Shown piece after piece: positions 1 through 12,470 of a DNA stretch of 64,000 nucleotides. The stretch is taken from the NCBI GenBank assembly GCA_965153285.1, contig OZ229129.1, one strand, 5' to 3'. The notes under the pieces were generated by a model. The model saw nothing but the letters and a program-made list of their open reading frames with translations, searched no databases and had not been told where the DNA came from. Position numbers and translations under genes: made by a program. Numbering within the stretch: the first letter of the stretch is position 1; every line of letters begins with the position of its first letter. The stretch is from Podarcis tiliguerta (Eukaryota).

Positions 1-90
1 CATCACTACTGGGAAAACCATAGCTTTTACTATACGGACATTTGTTGGCAAGGTGATGTCTCTACTTTTTAAAATGCTGTCTAGGTTTGT
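1..90 (-). mobile_element. Bov-B (RTE) LINE fragment
   Basis: actactgggaaaaccatagcttttactatacggacatttgttggcaaggtgatgtctct matches the recalled antisense Bov-B 3' region. Confidence 0.8.
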
Positions 91-736
91 CTAGACTAGG
101 TTTGATAGTCTTAACCTCACTTTTATCCTGTTGTTGATTTTTATTGTATAATTGTCATGTTTAGAATGTATTGTATGATGTCTACTCATTTTTTAAAAAT
201 AAGGTGTCTAGTAAGTGTAAGTATGAAATAAATTAAAGTTGAGTTTGAAAAGAGGGCCAGGTGGGCAAAGGGACCATCATCCAGAGAGGTTGTTGCATGC
301 GATCTGCGGCAAACTGGAAGTCCACAGCCCACAAATTTTCACTGTAATCACTGCAATACAAATCAAAGTATTGCTGCTACAGATCAACAGTGATCATTCA
401 GGAAAGTAGGTATGAACTATCAACCTAAGGATTCAAAAAGCTTGGTACTTTCTTCAGTAAATCTTTCCCGCTTATTTTCAACCAAGTGCCTTTCAAAGAC
501 AGACAGATAAGGGAAACATTTTCCAGAACTGTACATTTTTTCAGTATGACAAATGTGCACTTAGAAGCATTGCTAACATAGTTCCATGCCTAAGGTTAAT
601 GTCAGTGTGCGAGGTGTGGAAATCACTTAACAGTTTGAAATTGGTCCCAGAATTTGCATGACAAAGCAGACAGCCACTAACATGCAATCTGAAGTACATT
701 AAAAGCCAGCTGACTTCACATAGGGTCACAATGAAT

Positions 737-853
737 AGGTAAAGGACCCCTGGACAGTTATGTCCAGCAAAAGACGACTATGGGGTGCAGCACTCATCTC
801 ACTTCAGGCAGAGGAGCCAGTGTTTATCCACAGACAGCTTTCTGGGTCATGTG
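737..853 (-). mobile_element. Sauria SINE 3' fragment
   Basis: aggtaaaggacccctggac...ctcatctc...gggtcatgtg, homologous to the copy at 23610. Confidence 0.85.
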
Positions 854-1181
854 AGACAGCATAGCTGGGGGTGGGTTGCACTGGGCACCACTCACTTAGG
901 ATGGAATAAAAACCTAAAACACATATAGTCTATCATGCAAGCAATGCAATAATTCTTTCTACGGAAATTGTGTAGCAACTTGTACATAGTTGTAACAGGT
1001 AAATCTCATCCCCTGGGCCTGGACCAATAAGCAGGTTCTCTCAGGTTTTGAGACTACTGTTTCCCCTAGGGGCAGGAGTAGTTAAAAGCAGCCCCCTGGG
1101 CAAATTTGAAGGATAATTATGTTGCACTTCCAGGAAAATGAAGGGCATGTGGGTATGCAGGGAGAAACAGAGAGTTGAAAA

Positions 1182-1224
1182 GTGTGTGTGTGTGTGTTTG
1201 AGAGAGAGAGAGAGAGAGAGAGAG
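1182..1224. repeat. (TG)n(AG)n compound microsatellite
   Basis: Direct reading. Confidence 0.95.
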
Positions 1225-1373
1225 AATGCATGGGGGTGGGATGAGGGAGAAAGCACAGCCATCCAGCCCAATTACAATGAAAATAGTGAATGCTTAGCCA
1301 TTAATCTAATTTCTAGGTATTATAATGCAAGTTCTACACTCAATTATAAAGAATGAGTCACAGTTATTCAGAT

Positions 1374-1398
1374 CACACACACACACACACACACACAC
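1374..1398. repeat. (CA)n microsatellite
   Basis: Direct reading. Confidence 0.95.
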
Positions 1399-1479
1399 CA
1401 CCCACTTTTATTTTTTAGGTGGGGGGTTAGTTAAAAATCTATTACATAATCCCTGAGAACTACACCCTGCCTTGAACAG

Positions 1480-1690
1480 CAGCGGCTAAAGCTGTATGAA
1501 GCATTCATATCTAAAGCCGTCTGTAGCTTTTCAGCATTGCTCTCTGACAAAGTCCAGGGAGGCAGTCTCCTGCACATTTAGATTTCTCCAAGCTGTGGAG
1601 AGCTGTGACATCACCGGGTAAAAGTTTGGCTTCAGCCAGCCCTCTACTGTTTGTGGTTAAGGGGAGGCCCTGAATGTGTCTCTTGCTGGT
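1480..1690 (+). promoter_or_regulatory. ANGPTL2 proximal promoter with ATF/CRE-like site
   Basis: TGACATCA at 1606-1613, just upstream of the inferred exon 1. An inverted copy, TGATGTCA, sits at 2133-2140. No CpG island. Confidence 0.5.
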
Positions 1691-2231
1691 GGATCCCTTG
1701 CCCTTGTGGGAGGGGGAAGCGGAGCTTATCCAACCAGAACTTGTCTGCTTACCGCATGCTTGATTATCTCCCCCCCTCCTCCAGCATGTAAATCCACCAC
1801 AAAGAAGCTGAAGTTCAAATAGGGCTGTTTTAGCTTCGCTTGAAATGATGGATTGAAAGCTTCAAAACTGAAATGCAAAGAGGCAGAGCTCCTGAAAAGC
1901 AAGTCGGTGCTGCAGCCTATTGTCCCTGAGTGTCCATAGCATGGGGACCGAAGGCTTTGATTCAGCAAGCAAGTTAAAGGAACAAGAATTTAAACAATAA
2001 GGAAGTAACAGGACTGCAATAGCCTTCTTATGTTATCCGTCCAAGCACAGTACTAAATGCATGAAGCTTTTCATGCAACAGAAACTAGATAACCCTCATC
2101 GCGAATGAATGCATTTATTTTGCTGCAATCAGTGATGTCACTATTTCTCTGGATGATCTAGACAGTGAATCTTTTATTGTTATCTTTAAAACAAGTCTCA
2201 AGATTGAAGAGAGAAACCAGAAGGAAACAGG
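1680..2231 (+). other. ANGPTL2: ANGPTL2 non-coding exon 1 (5' UTR); TSS approximate
   Basis: Strong donor CAGG|GTAAGA with GT at 2232-2233. The segment gcatgtaaatccaccacaaagaagctgaagttcaaatagggctg resembles the recalled human ANGPTL2 leader. Human ANGPTL2 also has a non-coding exon 1 and a long first intron. Confidence 0.7.
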
Positions 2232-5200
2232 GTAAGAATTTGAGATGTGTCACATTTAACATATATTTATATTTTCAGTGCTAGCTGCAAAGTCATTTCA
2301 AAAGTGCTCTTGATTTAGAAGAACAATGCCAGATTTTTGATAAGGCTGATAAATTTGAGTTAGAAATCTTAAAATGTGGTTTTCTTATTAAAATGAATTC
2401 ATCTAAACACTGAAATGTTACTAGATCTGCATAGACTTAAAAAAAATAATCAAAATGAATGTTTGTTAATTTAGTTGATATGCCAAAGTTCTAAGCATTT
2501 CTTAAAGTAAAATCAGCAACAACCAGTCCATCACAATATTGATTGTTTATGTGCAAAATAATTTTTCCTTCCTGAATATAACACAGCAAAATCCTCTACA
2601 CTTTGTGTCACTTATTTGAAAGGACTATTGTATTACAAAACCCAGGAAGCTGGTCTTTACTTTCCTTTGACACACTGATCAAAGATACAGAAAGTTCCTC
2701 TAAGTAGCAGCTCCTAGAATATCACAGTGTTTGCATGTTTAAGTGAAAACTCATTTTTTAAAAAGTCCAAGCTAAGTAGAGCTGGGAATAGTCCTTGCAA
2801 CAGCTTTTGCAATAGATGCCAAGTGGGAAATCTGAAGCAAGCAAGATATGATCAAACAGTGTTGGAAAGCTCTTATTTTGCAAAGTTCTTAACACATGAA
2901 ACAGAAAGCAAAAAATGTTAACACATCTTTCAGCATGGATAGGCTTAAAAGAAAATAAAGTGAGGCCACTGTTAAAGGGGAGTAAGAACAAATGTAACAT
3001 TTGGGTTTAGCTTTCTAACATTTCTAACAAAATGCTGATAACTTCCTGCTTATCTCAGAAACAAAGGTTGCAGGGGCAGTTATAGGGCCTGCCATCTTTT
3101 GTCAGCAATCTCAAAGAGGAAGGATACAAAGTTTGGGATAGGTAATCCTTTAAAGTTTCTGAAGGCATTCGGTACCATTTCAAAACAATGCTCTTGCAGA
3201 ATTAATCAATGATCCGTGTCTTTTGGGGCATCTATACCACTCCTCAGCAAGTGGGAAATGAGCTGGAGGAGCTCTCAACCAAATGAAGGGGGCTGCATTT
3301 ACCTGCATAGTTTAAATTACACAGAAAAACCAGACTGCTTCTGCCACACAGGGGTTCAGTAACAAAGTGTGTGTGTCTGTTTGGGGGTTAAGTATTTTGG
3401 ATGGTTCTGATATTAAAAAACACTTGCTGCCAGACCATGTTTCACATTTGAGGAGTATGATATGCTTGTTATAATAGTTAACATTAAAAAATATCTATCT
3501 GTCTGCTCCTTACAATATCCAACACAATGAAGTGGCCTCATATAATTATTTTTCTCCTGTTTTAAGATGAGTGTTTCCACATACTCTACAGCAAGTTCCA
3601 TCTAGAACTTTGTCTTGCAAAAATCTTATTTGGCTCTTGAGCCCTTCTGCTTTTATGCACACTGGATTGTGAAATGCATGAGTACCTGGGAGATTAACCC
3701 CTGCTGAATTTTTTTACAAGAACCCATTCTACATGGAATTAGGGTGACAACAAAGGCTGTGTCAGGATGGGAGAAAAAATGATTTTAAAAAGTCATTAAA
3801 AGTACCTCACATAATTTTTCATTCCTTAAATATCTAATTTGAGCTCCAGCAGAACAAAACAATACTCAGCACTTATCGACAGGGTACTTATATTCATCTG
3901 TGCTGGGAGTGTCTGCATGTAGTAAGATTCTGGGATGAGGTACTTAAGGAGGTGAACACCACAACTAGGCAAACAGTTGCTAAAAAAACTATTTTCACTG
4001 TTTGAGCCTGGGGTAGCATTGTATTTAAGAATTTTATTAGATTCATGTTACTTGCTACCAGATTTGTGATAACAAAACTGTGGTAGAACAATACAACTCT
4101 ATTCATATATCTCTGGTACAGTATTTTTTGGCAAATTGCCATTGTGGATGGAGAAACTTACTAATGAAATCCAAGTCATCAAGGGAGAGCAAACCAGGTG
4201 CCTTTTCTTTCTTTCTTTCTTTCTTTTTTGCAGGAAAGCAGCAATGCTATTTTTCATACTAATAAGACTGACAGTACAAGGGACCAGTCCAATATAGCAA
4301 TGTGGAATACAATCACTCAAATGTCTAGGGATTTATAATATGTTAATACTGTCTTAAGTCCCTCTCTTTGATGAATATGATATGAGTGATTATCTTCTAT
4401 ATTATTATTGGAAGAAGAATCCAATTTAAACTTCAGCTATATATGAAGCAACTGTAAAGAAAAGAGCTCTTGTGTTAATGTACAGAGTGACCTTTCCTCT
4501 CTACCAGCTATGTGCACCTGCTAGCACATTTCTATCATTAAGAAGCAGAGCTTTATGCCAAAGTGGATGATTTGAAGACTGGCCCCTGTAGCCCTTTGTT
4601 TAGAAGCAAAGCACTCTATAGTTTGGGTGCAAACTGCTTTATAGCTCACAGGCTCCAAATATTTTACATAAGCATCTACTACTGAGTCATCTATGGTTCC
4701 AAACTTTCACCAGGATAGCAAACATTCAGAAAGCTCCCTGAATTTGCACCATTCATATTGCTAGCTGATCAAAGTCTACCGACACAAACAAAATACTTCA
4801 GTGGTCTTCTAGTGGTGGCCCCTAACCCAGCATCTAGGTACTCTCACTATAACAAAATGCCAAGGCCAATGTTGCTTAGGGGAAATGGGAAAGAAGGAGA
4901 ATGTGAAATAGTCTGACAACTTACAGTATCTACAATAAGATGGGAAACTAGTTAGAGTATCTATAATTAGAATACTTTTGTCACAATTACAACTTCTACA
5001 AAATTCAGATTAGATATCAAACCAGTTTTTCCTACATTCTAGCTATGACAGAATGTATTATAAAATAAGTGGCAACTTTATATAACTACAAATGTACTAG
5101 CACCTAGCGGTTGGGTGTCCAGCATAATTTAACTGACTGCTGTCACTCTGTGATTTTTTTAAAAGGACATTTGCACAGAGAACACCCATTACAGCTTTGC

Positions 5201-8200
5201 ATTCTGCATTATTCCCAGAAAAAGGGAATAATACCCTAATGAACTGCCTACTGCAATCTGGTATGTTCATAAATGGTCAGAGACTCAGGTTTATTTTTTC
5301 AGGGAAAAATACCACATGGCTAAACACTAGGTCTTTCATGAATTCTCATTCATTTGGGTATGAAGGTTTGCTGCTTATGAAAATTGGGCCAAAACATTTT
5401 GATACACTACTCAGCCTGTGAACTACTATGGAGAAAAACCCTCCAAAAACTGGTACCCAGTTGCCCAACCAATTTATGGCATACATTTATTGAAAGGGGA
5501 AAGACCATGAACTTTCATATTCACTTGGGTATTAACTTAGGTGTCCATCTATCCTTAAATGTGATTTGTGATCACATTTATTTAACCATGATCCGCATTC
5601 GTTGATGTTAGGAGTGAAGTGGGAATTGCTGGGTAGATAGATTATCTTTGCTTTGAGCTTGTTATATCTGTGAAATATATGTTTTCCTGACTTACTAAGG
5701 CTGATTTAATTTTGATAAGCTTTCTAAAACTTCGTACAATTATCTTCTTACCGGAGTATTAATTGTTCAGGCATTAAAGGTATGCATTCTGAACTCTTGT
5801 TAGATATTTTGTGTATGTTTTCAATGTGCACCATGGGAAATGTAACCTCGAAGTGGCTGCATCTAAACCAGCAATGGACTCTGATTCAGTACAGCATGGG
5901 GCCTTCCAGAGACATTGCACCCCTCTCTTAGTACAGCAATAATAGTAGCCATATGCGGAAATACGCCTCTAAGACATAAAATCCTGCCTTGGTGCTGGGG
6001 TATAGCTGAGTTGTTAGTCAAGCCAGAGTGTCAGCAAAATACAAAGTAGATCAACAACCTCCAAAGAGCAGAAGTAAAACTGCTGAAATTTCAGTGGTAT
6101 TTCAAGATAGTGTAGGTAAACAGGAAAGATGGAGCAAGAAACTCAGCGATGATATAATCCACACATTCCAATAAGTGCCTATGACACACAAATATCTTCC
6201 ACACAGAAACATACTATGGCAGTCCTGCTTGCTGGTCAACAATTTATGTTTCTGAAAACTATAGTTAAGTTGCAGAGACACAGTGAGTTAAAGACAACAG
6301 GTGTGTGCTAGCTTGGGAGACAGCAAGCAGGCAAATTAGCAGTGGCTGCCCGAGAGAAGTGGTGCAGAATCAAGGCTGGCATTGGTGGACACCTGGTGAA
6401 TACCCACACCCCAGCATAGGATCTACTGATTAGAATCACCTAGACCTGTTCCATCTCTTTGTTACTGCAACCTGCTTCCGCACCTGCCTCTTGCTCTGGC
6501 TCAGCAAGCAATACAACAGTTATGAGCAGTAGCTGTCACTGTCTGCTTTCTTATTGGCTTTGTCTAGCAAGCAAATATGGGATGGCACTGATGAGGCAAG
6601 ATGAGAAGCACCAACAGGCAACAATAGTAGTGAGGGGGTACACTTATTGAGAGAGGAGAACATATTGAAGGTGTCTTGTCCAATCCTCCTTTCCCCACCT
6701 ACAAAACAAACACCCCCCCCCAAAAAAAACCCTAGCTGAGTTCACATTTAATGGACCAGAATGCTTAGTGGGTTTGTTTTTTTAGCTTCTCTCCAAAGCG
6801 CAATGTAATTTCCCATAAAACACTGCATTGTGCCACCTGCATACTCTGCACTGATAAATTCCTATTGTACAGCTCTTTGCCTTTTAGCATAGCATAGCAA
6901 AACAAACAAACAAACAAACAAAATATCTTTAAGATAAATAGATTTAATGTTTGGGCACAGAAAATACCTTTATGATATTTTATGGCTGTGGGGATTTCCA
7001 TTTGTCTTAGTAAGAAATTTTAATATAACCCTAGTAAATACATATGCTAGTAAAGACAAAGTATAACCTGTTTCTTTTACTATGGGATCTGAAGTAGATT
7101 AGTCTCTTGCAGTGTTGACTTTAGCTTTCCAAACATCAGCTCTGTCACTTAAAAAGAATTCTGCAAAGACTCATAGAAGAATCTTTGTTTAAATTACAAA
7201 ATGTTCTCCCTCAAACATATAATTCATAGTAATTTGTAGTCCTTAAAACTGCATAAATAAAATTACCCACAATTCTTTTTTCCTATTTTGAAAACTCTAC
7301 AGTTGTGAAGATAACAAAGGTAAGAGCTCTCATGATATGTCTCATGAAATACCAAGCCACCACTTGCAGGCTACGACTTTGTGACTATATAAATAGACAC
7401 AGGATATATAACAGGATATTAGGACTGAGCCACATATTATCCAAACAATATTTTCAGTGTGAAAAGTGGGTTTTCAGGTGAAATAAGTTTCCTGAAAGAA
7501 TGCCTAACCTTACCCCTTTTGTGTCTATTTGTTGGTGAAACTTTTTTGATCCAAGTGTGACACTGTCATGTATCCAATCAGATTTGGCTATGTTACAATG
7601 TTAACTAAGGGCAACTGAAGCTAATTCAGAGGGAACAGAAACATTGCTCTCAATCCCAATTAGCTTTGTTTGGCCTCTGAAGTAGTATTGCCTAGCCAAA
7701 TGTGATTGGCTAGGTGACAGCATCATTATTACAAGGATGCTAGGCAACTGAAATAAAAAATTGTGTTGAAACTGCATCAGTTCTGGTCTTCAAAAAGGTT
7801 CCCAACAGAGCTACCACCTGAAAGCCAAATACAAAGGGATGGGAGTAAGTGCAGGCTGCTGTACACGTGGTGTGCATTGTCTAGCTATAATATACATGCA
7901 CACACAGATTTGTAAGCCAAGGTGGTACTTTCTCTCTGATCTCCCCATGAAAAAATATCTAAAACAAAAAGGGTATCCGAAAAATTGCATAAAAAGCAGA
8001 GTGCTTTTCAATGGGTGGGGGGAGGTTCCTAGGAGGTGCCTCTTGTGTCAGAAATAACATACTATTCCAACGTCGTATTATCTCATTTTAGTCTTAACTG
8101 TATACTCAACACACAAAATTACTGGGGATGAAGAATATTTTTGAGGGGTATGTCAGTGCAAGCTTTGTGACACCATTAAAGATTCTAGGACATTGTCCTC

Positions 8201-8280
8201 AAATCGTATAATATAGCCCCTTGGATGGCAAAATGTCTGGGGTGCAATCAATCTGAGCTCTTGCTAAATGTTATCATATA

Positions 8281-8621
8281 CAGTGGTTCCTCGCAAGACG
8301 AAATTAATCCGTTCCGCGAGTCTCTTCGTCTTGCGGTTTTTTCGTCTTGCGAAGCAACCCGATTAGCGGATTAGCGGCTATTAGCGGCTATTAAAGGCTT
8401 AAGGGATTAGCGGATTAGCTGCTAAAAGACTATTAGCAGTTTAGCGGCTTAGAAAAAGGGGGTGGGGAGTGAAAAAAAATCTCAAGACTCGCAAGACATT
8501 TTCGTCTTGCGAAGCAAGCCCATAGGGAAATTCGTCCTGCGAAGCCCATCAAAAAACGGAAAACTCTTTCGTCTAGCAGGTTTTCCGTCTTGCGAGGCAT
8601 TCGTCTTGCGGGGTACCACTG
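8281..8621. mobile_element. Tc1/mariner-type MITE
   Basis: TIRs cagtggttcctcgcaagacgaa and ttcgtcttgcggggtaccactg, TA on both sides, internal repeats of ttcgtcttgcg and an attagcgg tandem. Confidence 0.9.
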
Positions 8622-8631
8622 TAGTTCTTAT

Positions 8632-8763
8632 CAGTGCTTTTTTTTAGAAAAAGGTGTCAGAACTCAGCATGAATGCTTCCTTGGTTCTCTTATAAAGGCA
8701 ATGGCGCCCACCTGAGAGGTGCCAGAACTGAGTTCTGGTGAGTTCTGGCTGAAAAAAGCTCTG
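8632..8763. mobile_element. Short hAT-like MITE
   Basis: Ends cagtgcttttttt and aaaaaagctctg; degenerate 8-bp flanks gttcttat and ttttttat. Confidence 0.6.
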
Positions 8764-9651
8764 TTTTTTATTCTCTCTAGCATTTAGAAATAAAGTACTC
8801 TCCTCTCCTGGCTGGTGGACCCTTAACTTGCACTGATCTACAAATATAATATAAATGAGGTCCTGGCATAGGAAGGAAAACTTTATCTAGCATCACAATG
8901 ATAATTTGATAGAACTTGAAGAAATTTTATTTGCAACTTTAACAAAAGTAGCAAAACATGCTATAACTTAAAAGCTGAAAGTATATGCAAAAAAGCCTTA
9001 CAGTGCAACATGATAATTCCCACAGTGAGTCTTGGTTTTCTCACTTGTAACTTGAAGTGCCAAGGAAAATATCTAGTTTTGTTTTTCCTTGTCAGGAACA
9101 GGGGAGAAAAGTAATATATTTTCTTTGGAAGCTTGTTTCCCCTCTACTTATTAGATAAGAACATTTTCAGTTGTGCCCCTCGAGACACAATTAGTTGAAC
9201 AAACGCTTTAAGAGTAAACACAGTAAGGTCCATTACTGCCTCACTCTTCTTACCCCTTTGCCAGCCATTTGAATAGCCAAGACCAGATGGTTAGAAGAAA
9301 TCCCAGCCCTACTTGTCTTAATGGAAGTTCAGGCACTGATTTCAGCATACTCAAAATTCCACACTAAAACACAACAGCAAAAGAACTTCTCCAAACCAGT
9401 AAACCAAGTTCAAAGGCATGGGTTTTTTTCTTTTGGATTCAGAGCATGAAATGTGCTTTTAAAAAATGTGTGAAGGAAAGGTGAAAGGTAGAACTGTTAA
9501 AGAGAGCCAGTAGGGTTGAGTGGCTATGGAGCTGAAATCTGATCTGGCTAAAGATCCACCTCAGCTATAAACTCACTATGTGGCCTTGGACAAGTCACTT
9601 TCAGCTTCAATTTCCCCATCTTTAAATACAAATAGCAGCAACCATTCTTAC

Positions 9652-10272
9652 TGTCCGGCTCCTGTCCCAAAGTACAGTGATAACAACTCTTACTTGTAAA
9701 CAAAGAAGAAATCTTTATTCAGGCTAATAGCAGTACAGGCTCAGCAGCAAGCACAAAGGCCTGAAGTCAAGATTCCAAAGTTCATAAGCAAGGTTCACAA
9801 TAGAATAAAACTTATGAATATGTCCCAACAGTTGACATGCCCCTCTCACAAAGCTTTTACAGATGAGGCAGGGTGAGCTCACTCAGAAGACTCGTTCGTC
9901 CTATAGTTCTGCAACACGCACACAAGTGTGCTGTTTGGCTGGGTGCATATGATCTCATGTTCAAAGGCACCATCTAGTTCTTGGCGACAAGACTGTGTCC
10001 TGCACCTCTGCCTCTAGCTTGGCTGCCACCTCCTTCTGTTCAGATCCTCCTTCTTGCTGGCCAAAGTCCTCCCCTCCTCACTGATGAGAAACTCTTCAGG
10101 AGGAGCAGAGGAGAGAGCTGGCAGCTCTGCTTCTCCCTCTCTCACATCTAGAGTCACAAGGGGAGGACATCTCTTCTTCATTCCTGGATGCCAGTCTTCC
10201 AGTCCCCCATTTGCTCCTTCTTCCTCTTCCACGCCATATCATGTCAGAGCCAAGGGGCCCATGGCACTAACA
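9652..10272 (-). mobile_element. Possible solo LTR inserted in a MIR-like SINE (9505-9650)
   Basis: TGT...ACA ends, tttatt (AATAAA on -) near 9713, and a composition shift. No matching TSD found. Confidence 0.3.
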
Positions 10273-12222
10273 TCAGCAAAGCTGGCACAGCAAAGGGACA
10301 TAAACACTGTCATATAAAATGCTACATAAATTACCAGTGGTAGAAATAGCAACAGCTGCTGTTATAGTGCATCTCAGTACAATCATTGCTAATATTATGA
10401 CTTATCTTCATGCAAATGATCTTTATCTGTGCACTTTTGTTGTTGGAGGAGGAGGAGCTTTTGTGATAGCAAAACTAGAACATTAAGGCATTATGGCCTT
10501 TATGCTAGCCTACTCTTAAAATGGAGAAACACTGTAAAAATACAACATGAAGGAATTTCAACAGAAAAACTGAGATTCTAGTCATGATGAATAAGGGTTT
10601 GCAAGGAGAAAGAGGGAAAAGAGAGACCTGAAAGCTATACATTGAAGCAAGTCCTTACTCCCACCCCCGAGCCTGCTTTTTAACAACTACTATGCTGAAG
10701 ACATTTTCAAGAATAGTTCAACTGTGTAAAGTATGAGGTCTGGAAGCCTGCCAGGGTCACCAAGTGTGACCCACTGTGCAAATGCAAGTTAAAGCTGTCT
10801 GAGGGAGTTTTAATTTATGCTTCAAATTTCTTCAAGAATTTGACTGGCATTGCTTTAAAGACTACACAGAGTTTATAACAGTTCCTTCTTCCTTTCACAA
10901 AAGAATTTTGTCATACAGTACTATCATGCATTATGTTAACACTTGAAATCCTTTCTTGATGTTGTCATAGTCTGAGCTCAAGTACTTACTTACTCATTTG
11001 GATTGGCTTTTGATTTGGGAATTAGTTAGGCATTACAAAATCTTCACATCTATGAAGTAGATATTTTGAGTATTCTGTTTTATTGTATTTCCTTTTTAAA
11101 AACTGCTGTTACCTTGCTGTAGGCTTTCCGAAAGGTCTGAATAGAAATTTAATTGTATAATCAATCTGAGAGGTTTTCTTGGGAACCCAGAAACATTTTG
11201 GGGTGCTACTTCTAGATATTCCAGCCAAAGGACTCTGCAATACACATCAAGAGAAAATAGAACCAATGCTCACTATAATTTCCCCCTCAAATCATTTTTA
11301 TTAAATGCTCACTATTTTAAAGACTTTCCTTAGGACTGAACTTTGCAGAACATTAGAATTGAACCTAGCTCGGGAGCTACACCATGGTTACACAGCTCAT
11401 GGTTTGCTTTGAGCAAGACAAACCATGGGCCCATTTTTACAGCTAACACTAAACAAACTTGTTGTGTAGCTTGTTGTAGAATGGCAGCAGGAGGTCCATG
11501 GGCGGAACAAAGCAACCACCATTTTATCACTGGCCACCAGCACACTTACTCATTTGCTGTAAGCCATAGTAAATGAAAATGAAGCAATGAGTAAAACTGA
11601 GCATTTGGTAACTGAAGGCACCAGGCAGTACATCTGTCACAATATATTCTTCTTCTTGAGGCAGAGCACTGGATTGTACTCCTCCACCCAACCTAATTAA
11701 GATTTATAGTAAACAAGGCTGGTAAAGTTATTTTGGCACTTGAGGCAGAAAACCCCACAGATGCCTCTCCCTGGCAATAAAAACACAGCAGTAAGTAATT
11801 AAATATTTGTTGCCATTTAATAACATCCAAAATCAATCATGTGAGGTGGCTGCCTCACTCAGTCTAATGACTATCTTTCCTGAAGAAGAGCAGAATATGG
11901 ACACATCTTCAAAATGCCTCCTCTTATTTCAAATCATCTATCAAATCAGACTGAGGGCTCTCCCTGAAGAAGCCCAAGCACTGGAGCAACTTTTTTCCAA
12001 CTTTTCCTGGTCCTCCTGGGTTTATTCAGTCTTTGATAGGACAAGAGGGCATTGTATAAAGCTAATCTATCCCAATTTATTAGTAAAACAACAACCAGTG
12101 AGTTCTTACCTACCACTTTTTCCACTCATCTCAGCCTGCTATTCCCACCAACATTAAACAGAGTTGTGCAGGGCGCTCTTTCTATCTCTGCTTCTAACTG
12201 TTGTAAACTGCCATTCATTCTG

Positions 12223-12470
12223 CATGGGTAGGCAAACTAAGGCCCGGGGGCTGGATCCGGCCCAATTGCCTTCTCAATCCGGCCTGTGGACGGTCCGGGA
12301 ATCAGCGTGTTTTTACATGAGTAGAATGTGTCATTTTATTTAAAATGCATCTCTGGGTTATTTGTGGGGCATAGGAATTCATTCATTATTTTATATATAT
12401 AGCCCAGGCCCCCCACAAGGTCTGAGGGACAGTGGACTGGCCCCCTGCTGAAAAAGTTTGCTGACCCCAG
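12223..12470. mobile_element. hAT/Charlie-type non-autonomous element (OC1-like)
   Basis: Ends catgggtaggcaaact and agtttgctgaccccag; internal ctgagggacagtggactggccccctg. Confidence 0.75.

Noticed and set aside
8320-8612. Spaced direct repeats (ttcgtcttgcg) superficially like a CRISPR array
   Set aside because: The repeats are 11 bp, irregularly spaced, and lie inside a TA-flanked TIR element in a vertebrate intron; they are MITE subterminal repeats.
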